NCBI GenBank assembly: GCA_038212275.1
Contig: JBBQUR010000014.1
Coordinates: 73,533-137,532 of the forward strand
Direction of reading: 5' to 3'
Source: Planctomycetota bacterium
Lineage (GTDB): Bacteria > Planctomycetota > B15-G4
DNA length: 64,000 nucleotides
The position numbers were made by a program, and so were the translations under genes. The notes under the pieces are model-generated. The model was not told the origin of the DNA. It made no database searches and saw only the letters and a program-made list of their open reading frames with translations. This document shows, piece by piece, positions 11,001-20,227 of this stretch. Position 1 is the stretch's first letter; the number at the start of each line of letters is the position of its first letter.

Positions 11001-11139
11001 GCGACTCGGGCGGGAACGCGACGAGCCCGTTCGCGCCGGCGATGGACGGCAGGTCGGCCTCGCCACCGCCGAGGCGCGGTATGAGGCCGATGGATTCGGC
11101 CAGGCGTTCGACGAAGCGGCGCCGGTCCTTGAAGCTCAT
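8026..11139 (-). CDS. Molybdopterin (Mo-bisPGD) oxidoreductase catalytic subunit, Tat-exported, PsrA/PhsA/TtrA-like, with ~100-aa low-complexity insertion
   Basis: Tat motif MSFKDRRRFVERL; N-terminal FeS motif CFNCESACGLL..C; RGRTCAKGPA; ATGA overlap with upstream FeS/NrfD gene; track ORF extended to 11595 is artefact. Confidence 0.85.
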   Translation of the reverse strand: MSFKDRRRFVERLAESIGLIPRLGGGEADLPSIAGANGLVAFPPESQWDDWLENAAGRWPERVRRRRMLVPTTCFNCESACGLLAYVDKDTLDVARFEGNPRHPASRGRTCAKGPATINQVKDPDRILYPLKRKGPRGSGQWERVSWADALADIGGRIAKALREERRNEVVYHVGRPGHEGYMDRVLKAWGIDGHNSHTNVCSGAARFGYGLWQKYDRPSPDYSKARFILLISAHLESGHYFNPHAQRIMEGLQSGAEMAVMDPRLSNTASMATYWLPTMPGSEAAVLLAMARVLLSEGLYDRHFVENWVNWRDYLRYRRAQQADGTLGAAAQHGAGHGAVHSATADATGHAASRAAPAAARSATRDGSLGAATGATTGAATGAATGASTGATTGATTGASAGSSGDAPRFEDFIALLIEDYAAYTPEFAAAEAGVDAAMIASVARRIGAAGSHFAAHTWRAAGSGNLGGWAVARALHFLSVLTGSVGTEGGTSPAGWNKFVPELPNNPPAQRLWNELHFPKEWPLCHYEMSFLLPHFLREGRGKLDTYFTRVFNPVWTYPDGFSWIEMLSDEAKVGCHIALTPTWNETAFLADYVLPMGHGPERHDLNSYETHDGVWIAFRQPVLREAMRRLGRPVEFTWQANPGEVWEEDEFWIALSWAIDPDGSLGIRKHFESTDPARKGQRLSVDDYYGHIFDRVPGLPEAARKEQLSPLDYMKRFGAFAVKTTALLQHQTPLAAAVQAAARTEDDGRVVGADGATLGIMVDGVACKGFPTPSGRQEVFSATMTEWGWPEYAVPTYIRSHVHPKNLDRERGEMCLLPTFRLPNLIHSRSSNSKWLTEISHRNPIWMHTSDAARVGVITDDLLRVETEIGHFVDRVWVTEAVRPGVVCCSHHIGRWRREQDPKANRWAVNTVAFTKEGSSWRMRTLTGPQPGETTDPDTRRIWWKDGGVHQNITHAVHPDPVSGMHCWHQKVRVVKAGPDDAYGDVVVDMDKSQAVYREWLSWTRPGKGPSGLRRPLWFNRPLRPVDEAYRTQS
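9941..10024. repeat. In-frame 12-bp tandem repeat (GCGCCGGTCGTG x7) inside Mo-oxidoreductase gene encoding (TGAA/TGAT)n
   Basis: Direct reading of consecutive 12-mers gcgccggtcgtg/gcgccggtcgag/gcgcccgtcgcg/gcaccggtcgcg... Confidence 0.8.
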
Positions 11140-12767
11140 GACATCGGCACCATCTGCGGCGCGCGCACCCAGACGTCGTTGCGCATCACGAGCGACACGA
11201 GCGCGGCCAGCACAGCCACCCACCAGAATCCGAGCGAGCCCGGCAGCGGCCCCATCGGCAGCAACAGCAGCGCCAACAGGAGCACTGCAAGCGCCGCGCA
11301 GCCGACGAAGCCGATCCAGAAGCGCTTCGCGAGCGCGCCGGTGTGCATGAGCTGCGCGGCGCGCCCCGCCGCTGCGGTGCTGTGCGGCAGCGCGATCTCG
11401 GCCCACGCGAGCAGCAGGTCCGCCAGCAGCCCGGCGATGAGCAGGCCCGACGCCGTGAACATCAGGAGAGTGCGCGGATCGAGTTTGTCCGGGCCCGGCG
11501 TCACGAGTGGCAGCATGCACAGCAGGTACGTGGCCGCGCCGCCCGCGACGGCCGCGTGCACGAGCATGTGCAGCGGCGCGAGCGGGCTCTGCCACAGGTC
11601 ACGGCCCTTGGCCTGCGCGAAGAGGAAGGCCGTGTAGATCGCCGTCGGGAAGCACAGCGCCAGCGTGACCCACGCCAGCACGGCCTGCGCGGTTCCCCAG
11701 TTCATCCACACCGACAGCAGCCACGCGGAACTCGTCGCGCCCAGCGCGGAGAGAATCCACGCGCCGCGCACGAGCCAGCTCCGCGGATTGCCGCGCAGCA
11801 GCACGTAGAGGAAACGGTCGGGGCGATCGAGATCCGCGACGAGCAGCGCGCCGGTCGCGGCCTGCATGAGGAGCGAGAGCAGGCCGGCGGCGATCAGGGT
11901 CTCGCGCGGCACCTCCACGCCCAGCACGAGCAGCGCGAGCAGCGGCACGAGCAGCACGCCAGCCGCGACGGCCTTCGTGGAGAGATAGGCGGACACCTCC
12001 CAGCCCCACAGCGTGCCGTTCTTCGGCGCGTCGTAGACCTTGCGCGGAATGCCCTTGCCGGCGCCCGCACCGTCGGCGCCGAGGAAGCCCGCAACGCCGA
12101 GACCCGCGAGCGGGCGTTCTTCGGCCGTGCTCGTCGCGCAGCCGTGCCGGTCCGGCTTGCTCTCCACCGCGATGCTGCGCGGCTGGTTGTCGGTGGCCAG
12201 CGGCTCGAGCGCGGAGCGGTCGCCGTCGATGTAGTAGAGCGACGGCGAGGTGCCTTTCTCCGGGCGCCGCACCTGCACGGGTTGCGTGGCGAGCAGCTGG
12301 CTGATGAAGCTGCCCGCGTCCATCACGTCGCCGGAGACGATGGCCTGCTCGGGGCACGCCACGACGCACGCCGGCTGCAGGCCGCGGTCCACGCGGTGGC
12401 TGCAGAAGTTGCACTTGGCCGCCGTGTGGCTGTTCGGGTCGATGTACAGCGCGTCGTAAGGGCAGGCCTGCATGCAGCCCTTGCAGCCGATGCAGCGCCG
12501 GTTGTCGAAGTCCACGATGCCGTCGTCGCGCGTGTAGAGCGCGGAGGTCGGGCAGATCTCCGTGCACGGCGCATCCGCGCAATGGTTGCAGCGCATGACG
12601 TGAAAGGAGCGGCGCACGTCCGGGAAGTCGCCGGTCTCCACCTGCTTGACCCAGGTGCGGTTCACGCCGATGGGCACGTCGTGCTCGGACTTGCAGGCCA
12701 CGGTGCACGCGTGGCAGCCGATGCACTTGCGATTGTCGATCAGGAAGCCGAAACGAATGGGAGGCAC
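11136..12767 (-). CDS. Fused 4Fe-4S ferredoxin (PsrB/NrfC-like) + NrfD/PsrC-like integral membrane subunit
   Basis: Four CxxCxxCxxxCP clusters in N-terminal 190 aa, then ~8 predicted TM helices typical of NrfD/PsrC quinol-interacting subunits. Confidence 0.85.
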   Translation of the reverse strand: MPPIRFGFLIDNRKCIGCHACTVACKSEHDVPIGVNRTWVKQVETGDFPDVRRSFHVMRCNHCADAPCTEICPTSALYTRDDGIVDFDNRRCIGCKGCMQACPYDALYIDPNSHTAAKCNFCSHRVDRGLQPACVVACPEQAIVSGDVMDAGSFISQLLATQPVQVRRPEKGTSPSLYYIDGDRSALEPLATDNQPRSIAVESKPDRHGCATSTAEERPLAGLGVAGFLGADGAGAGKGIPRKVYDAPKNGTLWGWEVSAYLSTKAVAAGVLLVPLLALLVLGVEVPRETLIAAGLLSLLMQAATGALLVADLDRPDRFLYVLLRGNPRSWLVRGAWILSALGATSSAWLLSVWMNWGTAQAVLAWVTLALCFPTAIYTAFLFAQAKGRDLWQSPLAPLHMLVHAAVAGGAATYLLCMLPLVTPGPDKLDPRTLLMFTASGLLIAGLLADLLLAWAEIALPHSTAAAGRAAQLMHTGALAKRFWIGFVGCAALAVLLLALLLLPMGPLPGSLGFWWVAVLAALVSLVMRNDVWVRAPQMVPMS

Positions 12768-12912
12768 TCCGCGACGCGACGGACTCTGGCCACCGGCTCG
12801 CCCGAGTGGTCGGTGATGGCGAGCCGGAACTCTATCAAGCGGAGGCGCCTGACAGCGCGATCGTGTTTGCGCCCCGCACCGCCTCCGCGGTCAGCTTGGG
12901 CGGGTGCTGCGC

Positions 12913-14088
12913 TCAGGCCTTCGCCTTCGCGGACTCCAGGAAGCCGGCGAAACGCTTGAGCGCCTCGCGGATGTTCTCGACCGAGTTGGCGTACGAGAAA
13001 CGCAGGAAGCCGTCGCCGTGCGCGCCGAAGGCCGTGCCGGAGAGGCACGCGACGCCGGCCTCGTCCAGCAGACGTGACGCGAGCACCTTGCTGGAGAAGC
13101 CCGTGCCGCGGATCTCGGGGAAGGCGTAGAAAGCGCCCTCGGGCTCGACGCAGTGCACGCCGTCCAGCGCGTTGAGCCCCGCGACGATCACGTCGCGCCG
13201 CTTGCGGAATTCGCCGACCATGTGATCCACGCTGCCCTGCGGGCCGTTCAGCGCCTCGACGCCGGCCATCTGCGTCATCGCGGCCGTGCAGCTCGTCGCG
13301 TTGGTCTGCAGGCGCGCCATGACCGGCACGAACTCCGTCGGCATGATGCCGTAACCGAGACGCCAGCCTGTCATGGCGAAGGTCTTGGAGAAGCCGTCGA
13401 GCACGACCGTGCGCTCGGGGTCGGACCACTTGAGCAGCGTGTGGTGTTCGAAGCCGTAGGTGATCCGGCTGTAGATCTCGTCGGAGAGCACCCAGAGGCC
13501 GTGCTTCGCCGCGAGCTTGCCCACGGCCGCCAGGTCGTCGGCCGTCAGCATGCCGCCGGTCGGGTTCGCCGGCGAGTTGACGATGAGCAGCCTGGTGCGC
13601 GGCGTGATGAGCGACTCCAGCTCCGCAATGTCCACGCGGAAGTGGCGGTCGACGCGCAAGGGCAGCGGCACCGCCTTGGCGCCGCAGTAGTTGATCATCG
13701 ATTCGTAGATCGGAAAGCCCGGATTCGGATAGATGGCCTCGTCGCCGGCCTCGAGCAGGGCCAGGCACATGAAGAACATGCACGGCTTGCCGCCGGGGAA
13801 GACGACGACCTGCTCGCCCTTTACGGGGACGCCGCGACGACGCGTGAAGTCCGCCGCGATCGCCTCGCGCAGCGCCGGCAGGCCTGCGGACGGTCCGTAG
13901 TGCGTGAAGCCCTTGCCGAGCGCATCCTGGCCAGCCTTCACGATGTTGGCCGGCGTGTCGAAATCGGGCTCGCCGATCTCGAGGTGCACGACGTTCCTGC
14001 CCTGGGCCTCGAGGGCGCGGGCGCGGGCGAGAACTTCAAAGGCCGTCTCGGTGCCGAGACGGGACATGCGGCTTGCGAGCTTCATCAT
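12913..14088 (-). CDS. PLP-dependent class I/II aminotransferase (aspartate aminotransferase-like)
   Basis: LEIGEPDF, NSPANPTG, SKTFAMTGWRLGY (PLP-lysine motif). Confidence 0.9.
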   Translation of the reverse strand: MMKLASRMSRLGTETAFEVLARARALEAQGRNVVHLEIGEPDFDTPANIVKAGQDALGKGFTHYGPSAGLPALREAIAADFTRRRGVPVKGEQVVVFPGGKPCMFFMCLALLEAGDEAIYPNPGFPIYESMINYCGAKAVPLPLRVDRHFRVDIAELESLITPRTRLLIVNSPANPTGGMLTADDLAAVGKLAAKHGLWVLSDEIYSRITYGFEHHTLLKWSDPERTVVLDGFSKTFAMTGWRLGYGIMPTEFVPVMARLQTNATSCTAAMTQMAGVEALNGPQGSVDHMVGEFRKRRDVIVAGLNALDGVHCVEPEGAFYAFPEIRGTGFSSKVLASRLLDEAGVACLSGTAFGAHGDGFLRFSYANSVENIREALKRFAGFLESAKAKA

Positions 14089-14132
14089 CCCGGCAAGGAT
14101 AGGTGGCCCCTTTGCGGGCGGTCAACACGTCA

Positions 14133-14228
14133 GCTGGCTGGCGCGCTGGCCGACACGCCGGCCTGCACGCCTGCCGACGCGCTTGCCGACACGCTGGTCG
14201 ACTCGCTGGCCTGCACGCTGGCCGACTC
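14133..14228. repeat. Intergenic 12-bp tandem repeat x8 (consensus GCTGGCCGACAC) in divergent promoter region between aminotransferase and MFS transporter
   Basis: gctggctggcgc/gctggccgacac/gccggcctgcac/gcctgccgacgc/gcttgccgacac/gctggtcgactc/gctggcctgcac/gctggccgactc read directly. Confidence 0.8.
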
Positions 14229-14294
14229 CCAGGAATGGCAGTCGGGAGCGGCATGCTGGATCGGCGTCCGGCGGCGCTCCAGAATCGCGGACGC

Positions 14295-15548
14295 ATGCCG
14301 TCGCCCGAGAGTCCCGCCGCGCCGCATGCTGCCGCCGGCGCACACGCGGCGTCGCTGCGCCTGTTCCGCGCCTACGTCGCGCTGACCTTCGCCTTCGCCT
14401 GGGTGCCGGTCATGTACACGGCCTTCACCGTGGACAAGGGCTTCTCGCCGGCGCAGTACCTGCAACTCTGGTCGCTGTACTACGCGACCATGGTGCTGGC
14501 CGAGGTGCCCTTCGGCTGGGCCGCGGACCGCTGGGGCTGCCGGAGGCTGCTGCTCGCGGGGCCGTGCGTGCTGGCCGGCAGCTTCGTGCTGCTGGACGCC
14601 GCGCACAGCTTCACCGCGGCCGCCGTGGCGATGGTCGTCATCGGCGTGGGCCACGCGATGATCTCGGGCGCCGACTCGGCCTGGCTCTACGACCACCTCG
14701 TGGCGACCGGCCGGCGAGACCAGGCGCTGCACGAAGAGACCGTCGCCCACCGCTGGCGCCTGCTGGGCGTCTCGGTGCTGGACGTCGCGGGCGGTTCGAT
14801 CGCTTTCTGGTTCGGAACCTCGGCCGCCTTCCGCCTGAGCGTCGCCGTCATGGTGGGGGCGGCTTTCCTCGCCTGGCGGCTGCCCTCCCCCGGCTCCCTG
14901 CCCGCCACGCATGCAGGGCCCCTCGCACTGCGGACGCTGCCTTCATGGGGCGGCACGCGGCGCGCCCTGAGTCAGCGGGGCGTCGGCTGGATCCTCGGCT
15001 GGTATCTGGCTGTCTTCGTGCTGCTGCGCCTGGGCTTCCAGCTCTACCAGCCCACGCTGCTGGCACTCGGCGAGCGCGACCTGCGGCTGCACGGTCTGCT
15101 GCTCGGCGGGCTCAACCTCGTGGCCGGACTGGCCGCGCTCTTCGTCGTGCGCGTGCACGCCCGGCTCGGCGAACGCGCCACGGCCGTCCTCGTGCTGCTC
15201 ATGCTGGCGGCGTCCTTCAGCGGCCTTTCGTGGAACGTGGCCCTCGCGATGCCCTGGTTGTGCTGCCTGCAGCAGGTGGCCTTCGCGTTTCTCCAGCCTG
15301 TCGGGCGCACCGCTCTCAACCGCCGCATCGCCGGTGGTGAACGCGCCACCCTGCTCTCGGTGCAGAGCATGCTCGCCCGCCTGGCCACCGCGGCGGCGCT
15401 TGCCTTCGGTCCGTGGCATGCCGCGCTCGACCAGAAGCTGCCGACCACGTACCGCACCCTCGCGCTGCTCTCGCTGCTGGGCGCGCTGCTCTTCCACGCA
15501 ACGCACAAGCCGCGCGCCTCCGCACTTGAAACCGCCCCACCCGGCTGA
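14295..15548 (+). CDS. MFS transporter (possibly muropeptide/AmpG-like permease)
   Basis: 12 hydrophobic segments; ATG at 14295 after repeat region; followed 14 bp later by Amidase_2 lipoprotein. Confidence 0.7.
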   Translation: MPSPESPAAPHAAAGAHAASLRLFRAYVALTFAFAWVPVMYTAFTVDKGFSPAQYLQLWSLYYATMVLAEVPFGWAADRWGCRRLLLAGPCVLAGSFVLLDAAHSFTAAAVAMVVIGVGHAMISGADSAWLYDHLVATGRRDQALHEETVAHRWRLLGVSVLDVAGGSIAFWFGTSAAFRLSVAVMVGAAFLAWRLPSPGSLPATHAGPLALRTLPSWGGTRRALSQRGVGWILGWYLAVFVLLRLGFQLYQPTLLALGERDLRLHGLLLGGLNLVAGLAALFVVRVHARLGERATAVLVLLMLAASFSGLSWNVALAMPWLCCLQQVAFAFLQPVGRTALNRRIAGGERATLLSVQSMLARLATAAALAFGPWHAALDQKLPTTYRTLALLSLLGALLFHATHKPRASALETAPPG

Positions 15549-15562
15549 AACCATCAGCCGGA

Positions 15563-16753
15563 ATGAGCACACACCGCTTCCTGCCCGCGCTGATCGCCGC
15601 GCTCCTCATCGTGGCGATGGGTGGATGCTCGGCGCCTTCGAGCTCCAGGAGCAGCGCCTCGACGCCCTCCAGCAAGACGGTTGCCGCGATGGAGAAGCTG
15701 CTCGGCTCCGGCCGGCACGCGGAGGTCATCGACGGCGTCGAAGCCAGGCTGCCCGAGACGCGCGACCCGGTGCAGCGCGCGCAACTGGAAACACTGCGCG
15801 CCCGTGCGTTGCTCGCCGATGGCCGCGCGCGCTCAGCCCTGCTGTCGTTCCAGCGCGCCGAGCGCGAGCTGACGCGCCCCGACGCCGACGTGCTCCGGCA
15901 GATTCTGCAGGGCGAGGGTGATGCGGAGATGGCGTTGTCGCACTGGCGCGTCGCCATTCAGAACTACAGCAAGGCGCTCAAGATCGACGGGTTGTCGACT
16001 CGCCAGCGCGATGACCTCGCCTACTCGGCTTACATCGCGGCCTATCAGGCGGGCGACTCCTCGGTCTCCACGTGGCGCTCGCGCGTCAGGCTCTTCTCGG
16101 CCGATCGCGTCGCGACGCTCGAGAAGCGGCTCCTGCGCCTGCCGGAGCCGCCGCCGCCCGCGCCGCTCCTGGTGGTCGCGCCGGTCGTGGCTCCCGGGCA
16201 GATTCCCTCGGACCCGCAGGTGCTGCTCAAGGAGATTCACCGTCGCGGCGAATGGGGCGCCCGTCCGATCACCGGCTCGTTCGACCCGATGAAGCCGATC
16301 ACGCGCATCACGGTGCACCATTCCGCGGAGGTGACCAACGCCGAGTCGAACGCCGCGGTCGGCAGCGACCTGCGCAACATGCAGGCCAGTCACCAGACCG
16401 GCAACAAGTGGGCCGACCTCGGCTATCACTTCGTGATCGATCCGAGCGGCGGCATCTGGGAAGGCCGCGCGCTCAAGTGGCAGGGCGCGCACGAAGGCGC
16501 TGGACTCAACCAGGGCGCCATCGGCATCTGCCTCATGGGCAACTTCGAGACGCAGCCGCTGCCGAGCGCACAGACCGCGGGCCTCGCGCGCCTGCTCGAC
16601 GTGCTGTGCAAGCACTTCCGTGTCGATGCCGCGCACATCAAGACGCACCGCGAGGTGCGTCAGGAGCCGACCGACTGTCCCGGCGCGCCGCTGCAACGCT
16701 GGGTCGACGACTACCGTCGCGCGCATTCCTCGGCGGCCGTCGCGCGGAAGTAA
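15563..16753 (+). CDS. N-acetylmuramoyl-L-alanine amidase (Amidase_2/PGRP domain) lipoprotein with N-terminal helical/TPR-like domain
   Basis: Lipobox LIVAMGGCS; C-terminal half has GYHFVID, H..H..C zinc-amidase signature (TVHHSA...GNFE...CPG). Confidence 0.85.
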   Translation: MSTHRFLPALIAALLIVAMGGCSAPSSSRSSASTPSSKTVAAMEKLLGSGRHAEVIDGVEARLPETRDPVQRAQLETLRARALLADGRARSALLSFQRAERELTRPDADVLRQILQGEGDAEMALSHWRVAIQNYSKALKIDGLSTRQRDDLAYSAYIAAYQAGDSSVSTWRSRVRLFSADRVATLEKRLLRLPEPPPPAPLLVVAPVVAPGQIPSDPQVLLKEIHRRGEWGARPITGSFDPMKPITRITVHHSAEVTNAESNAAVGSDLRNMQASHQTGNKWADLGYHFVIDPSGGIWEGRALKWQGAHEGAGLNQGAIGICLMGNFETQPLPSAQTAGLARLLDVLCKHFRVDAAHIKTHREVRQEPTDCPGAPLQRWVDDYRRAHSSAAVARK

Positions 16754-17664
16754 TCCAGCACGTCGCGCAGCGTGTCGCGCAGCACGCGCTGCGGAACGAA
16801 GCCGGTGTCGCGACGCAGCGTCTCCCCGCTTCCCAGGAAGACGGGCATGTCGAGCGCGCGCATCCGCGAGGGATCCTGCTCCACGCGCACATCCACCGTG
16901 CTGAGAGAGAGCAGCGTGTCCAGGATGTCCCTCATCACGACCGCGCGCCCGCTGCACACGTTGTAGGTCGCGTCGGGGCGCCCTGCCTGCGCAGCCAGCA
17001 CGTAGCCGACGACCGTGTCGCGCACGTCGAGCAGGTCGCGCCGCGCCTCCAGATTGCCGACGCGCAGCACCGGCTCCTGCAGCCCTTGCTCGATGCGTGC
17101 GACCTGCTGCGCAAAGGCGCTGGCCACGAAGTCAGGCGACTGCCCCGGCCCCACGTGATTGAAGGGCCGCAGGATCACGACGGACACGCCGCGGGCGCGG
17201 GCGTGGTGACCGGCCATCTCCGCGGCGGCCTTGCTCACGGCGTAGACCGTGGTCGGCGCAAGCGGCGCGTCTTCGGTGACGGGCAGCGCGGCCTCCGTCA
17301 CGCGTCCGTAGACCTCGGCGCTGGAGACGAGCAGCACGCGCGTGGCCGGCGAAGCCGAGACGCAGGCCTCGAGCACGGCGCGCGTGCCGCCGAAGTTGAC
17401 CGCGAGGCACGCGTCCGGCGCCTGCTCGGCCTTGCCCACGTGCGCGAAACCCGCAAGGTGGAACAACCAGTCGGGTCGCAGCTGCCCGATGAGCGCGCGA
17501 CACGCGGCCGCGTCGGTCACGTCGAGGAGATGATGCCGCGCCGCGTCGGTCGGCTTCTCCACGGAGTGCAGGTCCGCGGCGTGCGCCTCGTGGCCCGCCG
17601 CACGCAGCGCGTCGAGCAGGTGGCGGCCGGCGAATCCGGCGCCCCCGGTGACGAGCGCGCGCAC
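16711..17664 (-). CDS. rmd: GDP-4-dehydro-6-deoxy-D-mannose reductase (GDP-D-rhamnose synthase)
   Basis: VTGGAGFAGRHL Rossmann; YAVSK catalytic; strong similarity by eye to P. aeruginosa Rmd (RPFNHVGPGQ, YNVCSG, QDPSRMR); overlaps gmd stop. Confidence 0.8.
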   Translation of the reverse strand: MRALVTGGAGFAGRHLLDALRAAGHEAHAADLHSVEKPTDAARHHLLDVTDAAACRALIGQLRPDWLFHLAGFAHVGKAEQAPDACLAVNFGGTRAVLEACVSASPATRVLLVSSAEVYGRVTEAALPVTEDAPLAPTTVYAVSKAAAEMAGHHARARGVSVVILRPFNHVGPGQSPDFVASAFAQQVARIEQGLQEPVLRVGNLEARRDLLDVRDTVVGYVLAAQAGRPDATYNVCSGRAVVMRDILDTLLSLSTVDVRVEQDPSRMRALDMPVFLGSGETLRRDTGFVPQRVLRDTLRDVLDYFRATAAEECARR

Positions 17665-17665
17665 G

Positions 17666-19576
<1,911 letters not shown>

Positions 19577-19588
19577 TCACGCTTCGGT

Positions 19589-20227
19589 TCAGGGCGGCCA
19601 GGGCAGGCAGGTCCGGCATGGCGAGCAACCGGCCGCAAGCAGTCCCGCCACGTCCCAGGTGCATTCGTGCCGCGCTGCATCCCGCGCCACCCACGGACAA
19701 TCGGCTCGATGGAAGCGTCCGGTGCTCCGCAGAAACGGGAGCGGACCGGCGGCCGAAAGCCGCGCGTGCACGCCACGTCGCGCGGCCACGGCCTGCGCCT
19801 GGAGTGCACGGAGCGCCGCGCTCTCGTCGATGTACGTCCACGCGAGTCCGGCCTGCACGAGTCCTGCCGAGAGGCTCTCGCCGTCCACTTCGAGATCCGC
19901 CAGCAGCCGCCCGTAGTGATCGCGAGGCGCTCGTGCGGGCCGCAGCACGAACGCGCGAGCTTCCAGAAAAGCCGCCGTGAATCGAGCGGCTTCCTTCGCA
20001 AGCGGTCGGCCGGTCTCGGGGCAGTCCACTCCCGGCAGGCGGACGCGCGTGCCGTCGGCGAGGCGCACGGTGTCGCCGTCGAGCACGGACACCGGGCCCG
20101 ACAACGTGGCGAGCGCCGCCGCTGCGGAAGTCCGCGGCGGCGGCGCCCGCAGGCCGGCGAGAACCACGCCGACCAGCACCAGCAGTGCCAGCCAGCGGCG
20201 CCGGGCCGCGAGGAAACGCGGGATCAG
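19589..20227 (-). CDS. Secreted thermonuclease (SNase) family protein; probable non-canonical CTG start overlapping ald stop (CTGA)
   Basis: VLDGDTVRLADGTRVRLPGVDCPE SNase motif; signal peptide LIPRFLAARRRWLALLVLVGVVLAG only reachable from CTG at complement 20227..20225; no ATG/GTG/TTG in frame between ald stop and hydrophobic core. Confidence 0.6.
   Translation of the reverse strand: MIPRFLAARRRWLALLVLVGVVLAGLRAPPPRTSAAAALATLSGPVSVLDGDTVRLADGTRVRLPGVDCPETGRPLAKEAARFTAAFLEARAFVLRPARAPRDHYGRLLADLEVDGESLSAGLVQAGLAWTYIDESAALRALQAQAVAARRGVHARLSAAGPLPFLRSTGRFHRADCPWVARDAARHECTWDVAGLLAAGCSPCRTCLPWPP

Noticed and set aside
12768-12912. Imperfect palindrome gcaccgcc...ggcgggtgc between the aminotransferase stop and the FeS/NrfD gene start
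   Set aside because: The stem is imperfect and short. It may be a weak terminator, but it is not distinctive enough to call.
14133-14228. Considered whether the 12-bp repeats, or the 15-bp array at 50267..50350, could be a degenerate CRISPR array
   Set aside because: The units are directly adjacent with no unique spacers, and the unit length is far too short. They are minisatellites.
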